Assembly: GCA_905182795.1 (NCBI GenBank)
Contig: CAJJCZ010000004.1
Span: 68,506-132,505 of the forward strand
Origin: an uncultured bacterium
Lineage (GTDB): Bacteria > Fidelibacterota > Marinisomatia > Marinisomatales > Marinisomataceae
Direction of reading: 5' to 3'
DNA length: 64,000 nt
Shown: positions 48,100 to 57,551 of the stretch, piece after piece
How positions within the stretch are numbered: position 1 is the first letter of the stretch
How the letters are laid out: each line of letters starts with the position of its first letter
The notes under the pieces: generated by a model
What the model was told of the DNA's origin: nothing
Databases searched by the model: none
Seen by the model: the letters and a program-made list of their open reading frames with translations, nothing else
Made by a program: the position numbers and the translations under genes

Positions 48100-49044
48100 C
48101 TATAGCTTCGAAAACTTATCTGTATACTCAATAAGCTTATCTTTGATTCCTTCTTCAGACATTGCATGTCCTGAATCTGGAATAATATGTAAATCTGCCT
48201 CTGGCCATGCTTTATGAAGCTCCCAAGCATTTTCAACTGGACAAACTACGTCATATCTACCGTGAACTATCACTGTCGGGATATGTCTAATTTTATCTAC
48301 ATTCTCAATTAAGTAATTATCGGTATCAAACCATCCATTATTTGTAAAATAATGGCATTCTATTCTTGAAAATGCTTCCGCAAATCTTGAATCAGAAGAG
48401 TGCTCTATTAATGCTTTATTTTGAATTAATTTTACCGTACTACCCTCCCAAATACTCCATGCTTTTGCTGCTTCCACTCTTTTAGAGGAATCTTCATGCG
48501 TAAGCAGTTCGTAATAAGCTTTAAGAAGATTATCTTGTTTTGCTTTAGGTATCGGCTCTAAAAATTTTTCCCATGCATCGGGAAATATTTTACTTGCTCC
48601 CTCTTGATAAAACCAACGAATCTCTTTTTTTCTTAGTAGAAATATACCTCTTAAAATTAATGCCTTACATACAGATGGATGTGTTTGACTGTAAGCTAAC
48701 GATAAAGTACTCCCCCAGCTTCCACCAAATACTACCCAAGACTCAACACCTAAATGTTTTCGTATCTTTTCAATATCTGCTACTAAATCCCATGTAGTAT
48801 TTTCATGCAAATCAGCAAATGGGGTACTTTTACCACACCCTCTTTGATCAAACATAATAATACGCCATTTCTCAGGATTAAAGTATTGCCTATATGAAGG
48901 ATCAATTCCTCCTCCAGGCCCTCCGTGAAGAAAGATAACGGGCTTTCCATTTTTATTACCTGACTCTTCAACATATATATTATGAATATCAGATACAGGT
49001 AGGTGGAAAGAGTTAAATAGTTCAGCAGTTGGATATAAATTCAT
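48100..49044 (-). CDS. pip: Proline iminopeptidase (S33)
   Basis: HGGPGGG, DQRGCGKS, GGSWGSTL, GRYDVVCP, SGH. Confidence 0.96.
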   Translation of the reverse strand: MNLYPTAELFNSFHLPVSDIHNIYVEESGNKNGKPVIFLHGGPGGGIDPSYRQYFNPEKWRIIMFDQRGCGKSTPFADLHENTTWDLVADIEKIRKHLGVESWVVFGGSWGSTLSLAYSQTHPSVCKALILRGIFLLRKKEIRWFYQEGASKIFPDAWEKFLEPIPKAKQDNLLKAYYELLTHEDSSKRVEAAKAWSIWEGSTVKLIQNKALIEHSSDSRFAEAFSRIECHYFTNNGWFDTDNYLIENVDKIRHIPTVIVHGRYDVVCPVENAWELHKAWPEADLHIIPDSGHAMSEEGIKDKLIEYTDKFSKL

Positions 49045-49139
49045 GGCCTAACTTAATTAATATAAATTATATTTTTAATACATAATAAATTTGTTGATGA
49101 TTAATAAGAATTGTGTAATTTTACACCGTCCTAACTGAT

Positions 49140-50261
49140 ATGAAAATTGGCGTATTAAAGGAAAACAAAGCTGGTGAACAGAGGGTTGCAATTATACCTT
49201 CTACAGTTTCAGCCCTCACAAAAAAGGGTTATTCATTCTTCGTACAAAAAAATGCTGGTCATGCATCAAATTATTTAGATAATCTTTATGTAGAAGCTGG
49301 TGCAACAATTGTTGAAAAAAATGAAGTTTTTAAATGTGATATTATAGCAAAAGTCAGTTCTCCTACCAAAGAAGAGATTGAACTATTAAATAATAACTGT
49401 TTATTAATATCCCTATTTCAAACAATTAAGAATATTGAATTAGTCAAAGAATTACAAAATGCTAAGTGCTCTGCATTCTCTTTAAACTTACTACCAAGAA
49501 CTACTTTAGCTCAAAAAATGGATATTCTAAGTTCTCAAGCCAATATTGCTGGCTATAAATCAGTATTAATTGGAGCAAATCATATTGGGAAATATATGCC
49601 ACTTCTAATGACTGCAGCAGGAACTATTTCGCCATCAAGAGTTCTAGTTATTGGAGCAGGTGTTGCTGGATTGCAAGCAATTGCAACAGCAAAAAGATTG
49701 GGAGCTCAAGTACAGGCATTTGATGTAAGGCCTGAAGTTAAAGAACAGGTAGAAAGTTTAGGGGCAAAATTTGTAGAAGTAGAAAATGATAGTGATGATG
49801 GAGTAGGATCAGGCGGGTATGCTAAAGAAACTAGCGATGCATATAAATTACGCCAACAAGAAGCTATGAAAGAAAGAATTTCAAAATCTGATCTAGTTAT
49901 TACTACAGCTCTTATCCCTAATAGACCAGCACCAGTACTTATTCTAAAAGAAATGGTTGAAGCTATGAAACCTGGTTCTGTAATTATGGATTTAGCATCA
50001 GAGAATGGCGGAAACTGTGAATTAACAAAAGCAGATGAAATAGTATATCATAACAATGTATTAATTGATGGTAATACTAATTTTCCAAGTACGATGGCAA
50101 CAGATGCTAGTCAGTTGTTTTCAAAAAATATTCAAGCGATTATTGAACACTGCCATGGTGAAGATGGATTTAAACTTAATAAAGAAGATCAAATTATAGA
50201 TGGAATGCTATTTATTGAAAATGGTGAAATCAGACACCAGCCAACCAAAGAGGCTCTATAA
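49140..50261 (+). CDS. pntA: NAD(P) transhydrogenase alpha-1 (dI)
   Basis: EQRVA, MDILSSQANIAGYK, GAGVAGL, GSGGYAKE, ITTALIP. Confidence 0.95.
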   Translation: MKIGVLKENKAGEQRVAIIPSTVSALTKKGYSFFVQKNAGHASNYLDNLYVEAGATIVEKNEVFKCDIIAKVSSPTKEEIELLNNNCLLISLFQTIKNIELVKELQNAKCSAFSLNLLPRTTLAQKMDILSSQANIAGYKSVLIGANHIGKYMPLLMTAAGTISPSRVLVIGAGVAGLQAIATAKRLGAQVQAFDVRPEVKEQVESLGAKFVEVENDSDDGVGSGGYAKETSDAYKLRQQEAMKERISKSDLVITTALIPNRPAPVLILKEMVEAMKPGSVIMDLASENGGNCELTKADEIVYHNNVLIDGNTNFPSTMATDASQLFSKNIQAIIEHCHGEDGFKLNKEDQIIDGMLFIENGEIRHQPTKEAL

Positions 50262-50542
50262 TGGAAGTAAATATTATCAATCTAATAACAATTTTTATAT
50301 TAGCCGTATTTGTAGGTAATGAAATAATTAATAAAGTACCTCCTACTCTTCACACCCCTTTAATGTCTGGTTCAAATGCGATATCAGGTATTGCTATTGT
50401 GGGAGCCTTATTGGCAATCACTATGGATGGAACGCTTGGTACCTATCTTGGATTAGCTGCATTAATTTGTGCTACTATTAATGTTGTAGGTGGATTTTTA
50501 GTAACTGATAGAATGTTAAAAATGTTTAAGAAAAAACGATGA
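50261..50542 (+). CDS. NAD(P) transhydrogenase alpha-2 (membrane part)
   Basis: VPPTLHTPLMSGSNAISG, NVVGGFLVTDRML. Confidence 0.95.
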   Translation: MEVNIINLITIFILAVFVGNEIINKVPPTLHTPLMSGSNAISGIAIVGALLAITMDGTLGTYLGLAALICATINVVGGFLVTDRMLKMFKKKR

Positions 50543-51909
50543 ATCAAACTGACATACAAAATTTATTATATCTGATTTCTGCAATTGGATTTATTGTTGG
50601 AATCAAACGTCTTTCCCATCCAAGAACTGCAAGAAGTGGAAATTTCTTAGCATCGCTTGGGATGTTGGTTGCTATAATAGCAACATTAACATCTGGAGCA
50701 GATTTTGATTGGAAACTAATTGGCTTAGGTGTAGGAATTGGTTCAATATTAGGTGTTATGATTGCTGTACGTGTTCAAATGACTCAAATGCCTCAAATGG
50801 TAGCCATATTTAATGGATTAGGTGGAGCAGCTTCTGCATTTGTTGCATCAGCAGCATATATTTCAGGATCAGATAGTTCATATATCATTATGTGTATGAG
50901 TCTTTTCATTGGAACATTAACTTTTTCTGGAAGCTTTATTGCATTTGGAAAACTTCAAGGATTTATATCTGGAAGAGCTATCACTTTTACAGGACAGCAA
51001 GCTATGAATGCATTAATTTTTGGTTCTATAATTGCGCTATTGATTGCTCACAATTTGAGCTTATTGCCAAATGATACCATATTTTATACTATTACAGTTT
51101 TAGCTCTCATGCTTGGTATTGGTCTGACCATTCCAATTGGAGGTGCTGATATGCCCGTAGTCATCTCACTATTAAATTCATATTCTGGGATAGCAGCTGC
51201 AGCCACAGGCTTCTTACTTGATAATAATGCACTTATTATTAGCGGCTCTTTAGTTGGTGCTTCTGGACTAATCTTAACAAATATTATGTGTAAAGGAATG
51301 AATAGATCTTTAGCTAATGTAATTTTTGGGGCTGTTGGTGCAGTGTCTAGCATTGACAATTCAGACCAAAAAGAAATGAATATTAAGAGCTATTCTACGA
51401 CAGAGGCAGCTATGATTCTTGATGCTGCTGAAAAAATTATTATTGTACCAGGTTATGGATTAGCTGTAGCGCAAGCGCAACACGTTGCAAGAGAAGTAGC
51501 TGATACCTTGGAAGCTCAAGGTAAAAAAGTCTTATATGCTATTCATCCTGTGGCTGGTAGAATGCCAGGACATATGAATGTACTATTGGCTGAAGCCAAT
51601 GTACCGTATGATCTACTTAAAGATTTAGATGAAATAAATCCTGAATTTGAAGATTGTGATGTTGCATTAATTCTTGGAGCAAACGATGTTGTTAATCCTG
51701 CAGCAAGACATGATAAATCTAGCCCTATATATGGTATGCCTATCTTAAATGTAGATAAATCTCGTACTGTTATTATCAATAAAAGAAGTATGAATCCTGG
51801 CTTTGCTGGTGTCCAAAATGAATTGTTTGGTTATGATAATTCTATAATGGTATTTGGTGATGCAAAAGACATGCTCAATGATCTTCTAAAAGAAATCAAA
51901 GAATTATAA
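50539..51909 (+). CDS. pntB: NAD(P) transhydrogenase beta
   Basis: TQMPQMVA, GGADMPVVISLLNSYSG, HPVAGRMPGHMNV. Confidence 0.97.
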   Translation: MNQTDIQNLLYLISAIGFIVGIKRLSHPRTARSGNFLASLGMLVAIIATLTSGADFDWKLIGLGVGIGSILGVMIAVRVQMTQMPQMVAIFNGLGGAASAFVASAAYISGSDSSYIIMCMSLFIGTLTFSGSFIAFGKLQGFISGRAITFTGQQAMNALIFGSIIALLIAHNLSLLPNDTIFYTITVLALMLGIGLTIPIGGADMPVVISLLNSYSGIAAAATGFLLDNNALIISGSLVGASGLILTNIMCKGMNRSLANVIFGAVGAVSSIDNSDQKEMNIKSYSTTEAAMILDAAEKIIIVPGYGLAVAQAQHVAREVADTLEAQGKKVLYAIHPVAGRMPGHMNVLLAEANVPYDLLKDLDEINPEFEDCDVALILGANDVVNPAARHDKSSPIYGMPILNVDKSRTVIINKRSMNPGFAGVQNELFGYDNSIMVFGDAKDMLNDLLKEIKEL

Positions 51910-51934
51910 TAGTCCCTATCATATAACCATACTT

Positions 51935-51955
51935 AACAAGTAGTGCCTACTTGTT
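51935..51955 (+). terminator. Hairpin after pntB, possible terminator
   Basis: AACAAGTAG-TGC-CTACTTGTT 9-bp stem; U tract is weak. Confidence 0.4.
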
Positions 51956-52006
51956 GAAATACATATTTTTAAATAAATTAAACCTAATTAAATACGAGGA
52001 AAAATA

Positions 52007-53020
52007 ATGGAATATAAGAATACACAATTGCTTTTAGATAAAAGACCAAAAGGAATGCCAGAAGATGATTGCTGGAAGATCAACAATGAAGTAATAGTAT
52101 CTTTAGAAGATAATGAAATTCTTATTCAAGTTAAGTATCTATCAATTGATCCATATATGAGAGGTCGAATGAATGACGGCTCTTCATATGCCGAACCAGC
52201 TAAAATTGGAGAACCTATGACAGGTGAAACTATCGGCGTTGTTGTTGAAACTAATTCCAGCTCATATGCAATTGGTGATAAAGTATGTGCTCATAAAGGT
52301 TGGCAAACATATGTAAAAGCAAAAGATACTGATCCTGGTTTATATAAAGTGCCTGAATCTAATATACCATTATCTACTTATTTAGGAACAGTGGGAATGC
52401 CTGGAAGGACTGCTTACTTTGGTCTAAACAGAGTTGGAAAGCCTAAACCTGGAGAAACCGTAGTTGTTTCAGCGGCATCAGGAGCTGTCGGAACTGTTGT
52501 TGGACAATTAGCAAAGTCTTATGGATGCTATGTAGTTGGTATAGCTGGTGGTCCAGAAAAGTGTTCTTACGTAAAAGATACTTTAAAATTTGATGAATGT
52601 ATTGACTATAAAGCAGGCAATTTAGAAGAAGATCTTAAAAATGCTTGCGACAAAGGAATAGACATTTATTTTGAGAATGTTGGTGGACCAGTAACCAGAG
52701 CAATTGCCCCCCTATTGAATGAAGGTGCAAGAGTTCCAATTTGTGGGTTTATATCTCAATATAATGTAGAAGATATGTCTAAGATGGAAACGCCTTTTCA
52801 TATCTTAGGTGCACTTAATCCTAAACCCGAACATAGATTCTTTGTAGTAACAGAATGGATGGATGAATGGGCAGAAGCAACCAATGAACTATCTAAATTG
52901 ATTTCAGAGGAAAAACTACTTTATAAAGAAACCATCACAAAGGGTTTTGAAAATGCTCCTCAAGCTTTAAGAGATGTTTTAACAGGTAAAAATTTTGGAA
53001 AACAAATTATAGAAATTTAA
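52007..53020 (+). CDS. NADP-dependent oxidoreductase (PTGR/CurA-like MDR)
   Basis: LSIDPYMRGRM, GMPGRTAYFG, SAASGAVG, YFENVGG, NFGKQ. Confidence 0.92.
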   Translation: MEYKNTQLLLDKRPKGMPEDDCWKINNEVIVSLEDNEILIQVKYLSIDPYMRGRMNDGSSYAEPAKIGEPMTGETIGVVVETNSSSYAIGDKVCAHKGWQTYVKAKDTDPGLYKVPESNIPLSTYLGTVGMPGRTAYFGLNRVGKPKPGETVVVSAASGAVGTVVGQLAKSYGCYVVGIAGGPEKCSYVKDTLKFDECIDYKAGNLEEDLKNACDKGIDIYFENVGGPVTRAIAPLLNEGARVPICGFISQYNVEDMSKMETPFHILGALNPKPEHRFFVVTEWMDEWAEATNELSKLISEEKLLYKETITKGFENAPQALRDVLTGKNFGKQIIEI

Positions 53021-53058
53021 ACTATACATATTCTGAATTACCTGTTTATATCTATTCC

Positions 53059-53091
53059 AAAAATACTCTGATTATTTCAGAGTATTTTTTT
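53059..53091 (+). terminator. Intrinsic terminator, probably bidirectional
   Basis: AAAAATACTCTGA-TTATT-TCAGAGTATTTTT 13-bp perfect inverted repeat followed by more T. Confidence 0.8.
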
Positions 53092-53103
53092 ATATATTAA
53101 TCT

Positions 53104-53595
53104 ATGTCATTACCTAGTCTATACGAACTTGCAGATGAATTTCAAGAAGCACTAGAAAGTTTAACAGATTTAGATGATCAATCAGTAAAAGACACCTTAG
53201 AGTCTATCGAGGGTGAATTTCAACTTAAAACCACTAATGTAGCTAAATATATTAAAAATTTAGAACATACTGCTAATGGCATTAAAGAAGTCGAATCTAG
53301 ACAACATAAAAGAAGAACATCAATTGAATCTAAAATAAAACATCTAAAAGAATATTTGAGATATAATTTAGAAAAAACTAATACGCAGAAAGTAGAGAGC
53401 TCTGAAATAACTATCACTATTCAGAATAATCCACATAAAGTTGTTATTACTAATGAAAAAGATATCCCAAATGAATTTCTTGAAACAAAAGAAACACAAT
53501 CAATTGATAAGACTAAGATTAAAGAGGCCTTAAAAAATGGAGAAGATGTTCCAGGCTGTGAATTAATTCAAGAAAAGCGCGTTTCAATTAAATAA
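53104..53595 (+). CDS. Siphovirus Gp157 / Gam-like protein
   Basis: SLYEL N-terminus, long coiled coil (K..NVAKYIKNLE...LKEYL), and C-terminal IPNEF...IDKTKIKEALKNGEDVPGCEL. Confidence 0.85.
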   Translation: MSLPSLYELADEFQEALESLTDLDDQSVKDTLESIEGEFQLKTTNVAKYIKNLEHTANGIKEVESRQHKRRTSIESKIKHLKEYLRYNLEKTNTQKVESSEITITIQNNPHKVVITNEKDIPNEFLETKETQSIDKTKIKEALKNGEDVPGCELIQEKRVSIK

Positions 53596-53621
53596 CAACT
53601 CAATGAGATAAATAGAAAATT

Positions 53622-54224
53622 ATGGTAGCAAAAAAAAATCTTTTGGCTAAAAAAAGAATTGCTGTATTAAGACTGTCTATCCTTTTAATAATTGTATTTA
53701 TTATTCTTGATAATAATTTTTCTGCTTACAGTCTAGATATAGATCTGAATACATCAATTTTATTGACTTGTGTGGGTTATACACTTGTTGTCCTTGGAGG
53801 ATTTGGAAGAATATGGTCATCGCTTTACCTAGAGGGATTTAAAACAAAAAAATTGATTAAAGACGGCCCCTACTCAATGGTCAGAAACCCTCTATACTTC
53901 TTTAGTCTGACAATATTATTAGGAATATGTTTTGCAATTAAATCTATACCTATCTCAATCGCTCTACTGTTGGTATTTATCCTATTTCACGTTCCAACCA
54001 TAGTAAACGAAGAAAAAGTCCTTTTAAGTACCCATGACGAGTCTTATAAAGCCTATTATGAATCTACACCGCGATTGTTACCAAATATCTTTAAATATAA
54101 GAAAACAAGACCTGAAGATAGAATTGAAGTGAAGATTAAAAGTGTAAATAGTGTATTATGGGAAATAATGGGTTATTTATTCTTATTTACACTAATAGAT
54201 TTTTTCTATTTTATAGGATTATAA
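53622..54224 (+). CDS. Isoprenylcysteine carboxyl methyltransferase / PEMT-family membrane protein
   Basis: LIKDGPYSMVRNPLY, EEKVL, Y..YYESTPR. Confidence 0.85.
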   Translation: MVAKKNLLAKKRIAVLRLSILLIIVFIILDNNFSAYSLDIDLNTSILLTCVGYTLVVLGGFGRIWSSLYLEGFKTKKLIKDGPYSMVRNPLYFFSLTILLGICFAIKSIPISIALLLVFILFHVPTIVNEEKVLLSTHDESYKAYYESTPRLLPNIFKYKKTRPEDRIEVKIKSVNSVLWEIMGYLFLFTLIDFFYFIGL

Positions 54225-54231
54225 GAAATAA

Positions 54232-55179
54232 TTATTTTTCTTTATCGCCATCTGGTAATAACAAATCTAGCGATTTTTTTAATTTCTTATTTCTAGTAGT
54301 AGTAATATCTTGATAACTCTTACTCACTGCCTCAATCTGATTTTCGTGTTTTTCTAGAAGAGCTTCTATTTTTGTCCACTCTACTTTAAACTGACTGAAA
54401 TTAGTTTTAAAATCATCGACTTTAGTGCTTAGAGTAAAATTATGGACTGATGTCTTTAACATTTGTAACATCGCAAACAATTCAGGTGTTCCAACTAAAA
54501 TTACTTTCTTTTTCAGGGCATCTTCCCAAATAGTATAAAATTCTTTTCTAATAAAGTTTAGTACGCTTTGACTCGGCACAAACATTAACACAAAATCTAC
54601 ACTACCCTTTGAAACGTCTACATAACCATCTTTTTGCATTTCTTTGATTCGATCTTTTACATCTTTTTCAAAAGCTTTTTTTTCAGATTCTTTTTCAAAT
54701 TCTCCCTCAGCATTTACCATATTTTTGTAATGCTCTAAAGGAAATTTTGAATCAAGATTTATATAGACTTGATCGGGAAAATAAAACGTATAATCTGGTC
54801 TAGCACTACCATATGACTGCTGAGATTTCCAGTGTACATTTTCTTGTAATCCAAGATTTTCGAGTAGTTGCTCCACTCTATACTCGCCCAAACTACCTCT
54901 TTCTTGTGAGCTTCTGAAAATTAGATTGAATTCATTGAGAGATTTAGTGACTTCTTTTTGACTATTTTGATAGGTAGTCTCTAGAGCTGACTTTGTTTCT
55001 GATAATTTATCGCGTAAGTCATTGATATTTTTTTCTGAACCAGCAAATAGCTCACCTATAGCAGCAAATTGATCAATAATTTCATCATCTTGTCCTATTG
55101 ATTTGAATTTTTTATCTATATAAAAAACAAGAAATATAACCACAGCAATTAAAGCGATAAGTAAGTATGTATTTATCAT
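54232..55179 (-). CDS. rmuC: DNA recombination protein RmuC family
   Basis: N-terminal TM, coiled coil, RGSLGE..VEQLLE, RPD...P...LDSKFPL, DFVLMFVPS. Confidence 0.85.
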   Translation of the reverse strand: MINTYLLIALIAVVIFLVFYIDKKFKSIGQDDEIIDQFAAIGELFAGSEKNINDLRDKLSETKSALETTYQNSQKEVTKSLNEFNLIFRSSQERGSLGEYRVEQLLENLGLQENVHWKSQQSYGSARPDYTFYFPDQVYINLDSKFPLEHYKNMVNAEGEFEKESEKKAFEKDVKDRIKEMQKDGYVDVSKGSVDFVLMFVPSQSVLNFIRKEFYTIWEDALKKKVILVGTPELFAMLQMLKTSVHNFTLSTKVDDFKTNFSQFKVEWTKIEALLEKHENQIEAVSKSYQDITTTRNKKLKKSLDLLLPDGDKEK

Positions 55180-55889
55180 ATTAATTCTTTTTCTCTTAAC
55201 ATATTTATCAATTCTTCTTCATGATAATTTACAGGAAAAATTTCATATCTATTTTCTTTTAAATGAAAAAGAGTTTGACTGCCAATATTGATACCATAAT
55301 AACGCTCTAAAAGATATCTATAAAATGAAAGCTGTAAAGAGTAATGATTAAAATTACAGTCCTGCATATGTTGTGTAGAGCTTAAAATACCTACCTTCTT
55401 TTTGTAGGATGTTTTATCAATACGTTTGTTTGTTTTCCAATCAACGAGATGGTATGTATCTTGTTTTTTATTATATACTAAGACATCAATTGTTCCAGCA
55501 ATCCCCAATTCTTTAGAATAAATAATAACCTCAGAAAAAAATGTATTATCAGGATCTTTTTGCTTTTCTTTAATCCATTCGGCTCCTATGATAGACATCT
55601 CATGTTCTGGTGTAATATCATCCTTAATAAATGCCTCTAATTCATTGTGAACAATAGTTCCTCTTATTGCACCCTTACCCCACTCTTTAATGACTCCATC
55701 AACTGTTTTACCGCTGTATTTTGGATGAGTATTAATTAATTTTTGAGCAATACCAACTTGGTCAAATTTTTCAAAAAAATGATGGATAAATTCAGTTACA
55801 CTAGAAAAGTGAAAATCAGGATTATCACTTAATTCGTATTTATGATTTTCTTGATCGAGAGAAATATCATCTATGAATAATTTATTCAT
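55176..55889 (-). CDS. PD-(D/E)XK family exonuclease (RecB/Cas4-like fold, no Fe-S cysteines)
   Basis: SSVT, RGTIVHNELE, SE, GIAGTIDVL, VDWKT, QLSFY. Confidence 0.85.
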   Translation of the reverse strand: MNKLFIDDISLDQENHKYELSDNPDFHFSSVTEFIHHFFEKFDQVGIAQKLINTHPKYSGKTVDGVIKEWGKGAIRGTIVHNELEAFIKDDITPEHEMSIIGAEWIKEKQKDPDNTFFSEVIIYSKELGIAGTIDVLVYNKKQDTYHLVDWKTNKRIDKTSYKKKVGILSSTQHMQDCNFNHYSLQLSFYRYLLERYYGINIGSQTLFHLKENRYEIFPVNYHEEELINMLREKELI

Positions 55890-55896
55890 TCTTTAT

Positions 55897-56121
55897 TTAT
55901 CCCTCATGTAAAACATTTTTATTATCATTTTTTCTCAATTTATTCACTCTTCTTCTTGTAATTCTACGCTGAGCAAACCCTAGAGTCCAAACACAGATTA
56001 ATAAAACTGGAATAACAACTCTCTCTGGAGTATCTGAATTAACAGTAAAATAAAGTAAAAATAATGCTGTGAGGAGCTGTAAAGAATACTGAGCAGTGTT
56101 AATAATTTTTAACTTATTCAT
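55897..56121 (-). CDS. Small two-TM membrane protein
   Basis: Two hydrophobic segments and a basic tail; 1-nt overlap with the pepA stop. Confidence 0.55.
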   Translation of the reverse strand: MNKLKIINTAQYSLQLLTALFLLYFTVNSDTPERVVIPVLLICVWTLGFAQRRITRRRVNKLRKNDNKNVLHEG

Positions 56122-57548
56122 TAAGCATCAATTAAATCAAGAACAAGCCTAACTACCTGTCCTGAAGCGCCATCTTTTTGGATATAGCTTCTATTTTCTA
56201 CGCCCCAAGATGTTCCAGCGACATCAAAATGAGTCCAAGGAATATCTTTTCCTACAAACGCTTTCAAAAATGCTGCTCCAGCTATCGTTCCAGCTTGTCC
56301 GGGTGAGCCTAAATTTTTGACATCAGATATATTAGATTTTACTTGATCGCAATACTCATCCCATAGAGGCAATTCCCATACAAGTTCGCCAGTATTTTTA
56401 GATGATTTTTCAATGCTTTTGATAAGGTCGGGATTATTTCCAAGTATAGCCGTTGCAATATGTCCAAACGTTACAACGCAAGCTCCTGTCAATGTAGCAA
56501 AATCAATCATAAAAGCAGGGTCATAGTGTTTACTTGCATAAGCAAGTGCATCTGCAAGAATTAATCTTCCTTCTGCATCCGTATTCAATATCTCAATTGT
56601 TTTTCCGTTATATGCTGTTAGAATATCGCCAGGTAAAAAAGCAGATCCACCTAACATATTATGCGTTGACGGAACAATAGCTACAATATTCTTTTTTGGT
56701 CTTAAGTCTGCAACAGCATTCATCGCTCCAAGCACAATCGCAGAACCACACATATCAAATTTCATTTCATCCATTTTTGCTCCTGGCTTTAATGAAATTC
56801 CACCTGTATCAAATGTCAATCCTTTACCTACTAACACTACAGGCTTCTCATCTTTTGAATCTGCACCAAAATATTCCATAATGATAAATTTTGGAGGTTC
56901 ATTAGTACCTTGTGCAACACCAGCAAAAGCACCCATCCCCATCTTTGTAAATTCTTCTCTATCAAATACTGTTACTTTCATATCGCCTCTTTTACCTACC
57001 TCTTGGGCAAATTCAGCTAAACGTGAAGGTGTACTCACATTTGGTGGATTATTGGCCAAATTTCGAGCCTCACATACAGCATTTGCTATTGTAGCTCCTT
57101 TTTTAGATGCATCAGCACAACATTCACCAACCATTGTAATTTTTTCTAAATGATATTTGCCTCTTTCATCTGTAAAAAAGTCTAAAAAGCGATAGCTTCC
57201 CAGTACGAGCCCTTCTGAGAATGCTTGACAAAAATAATCATCATGACTATCCGATTTAGGGCATTGCACGGAAACGGAAGAATATTTATTACTAATAATA
57301 AATGTCATTACTGCCCCTGCTGCTCTTCTCAAATCTTCAGGAGTTGCTTTATCAGATTGTCCTAATCCAAAATAAAGCGTTTTTTGGTTATCATTGAAGT
57401 CGTAAGCAAGTTCTCCCACTTTACCTTTAATTTGACTTTTAACTAAGTCTGAATCGTTCTTATCTTGGTAGACACCTACCGCTAAAATATCGCTATCTTT
57501 AACATTATCCATGTTAGTATCGTAATCTAATTTTTTAATGTGGGCCAT
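56121..57548 (-). CDS. pepA: Leucyl aminopeptidase (M17)
   Basis: GKGLTFDTGGISLKP, MKFDMCG, NTDAEGRL, ATLTGA. Confidence 0.96.
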   Translation of the reverse strand: MAHIKKLDYDTNMDNVKDSDILAVGVYQDKNDSDLVKSQIKGKVGELAYDFNDNQKTLYFGLGQSDKATPEDLRRAAGAVMTFIISNKYSSVSVQCPKSDSHDDYFCQAFSEGLVLGSYRFLDFFTDERGKYHLEKITMVGECCADASKKGATIANAVCEARNLANNPPNVSTPSRLAEFAQEVGKRGDMKVTVFDREEFTKMGMGAFAGVAQGTNEPPKFIIMEYFGADSKDEKPVVLVGKGLTFDTGGISLKPGAKMDEMKFDMCGSAIVLGAMNAVADLRPKKNIVAIVPSTHNMLGGSAFLPGDILTAYNGKTIEILNTDAEGRLILADALAYASKHYDPAFMIDFATLTGACVVTFGHIATAILGNNPDLIKSIEKSSKNTGELVWELPLWDEYCDQVKSNISDVKNLGSPGQAGTIAGAAFLKAFVGKDIPWTHFDVAGTSWGVENRSYIQKDGASGQVVRLVLDLIDA

Positions 57549-57551
57549 TAC

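Noticed and set aside
49140-51909. Split pntA as a frameshift or pseudogene
   Set aside because: The three-gene alpha1/alpha2/beta form is a known arrangement (Rhodospirillum type); both parts are intact and coupled by TAATG.
55176-55889. Cas4-like nuclease as evidence of a CRISPR system
   Set aside because: No four-cysteine Fe-S motif, no other cas genes, and no repeat-spacer array seen in the window.
53104-55889. Prophage or integrated element
   Set aside because: No integrase, tRNA target, flanking direct repeats or virion genes were found by eye.
56121-57548. PepA as an Xer-recombination accessory factor linked to the nearby nucleases
   Set aside because: No xer genes or cer/dif-like site seen; peptidase function explains it adequately.
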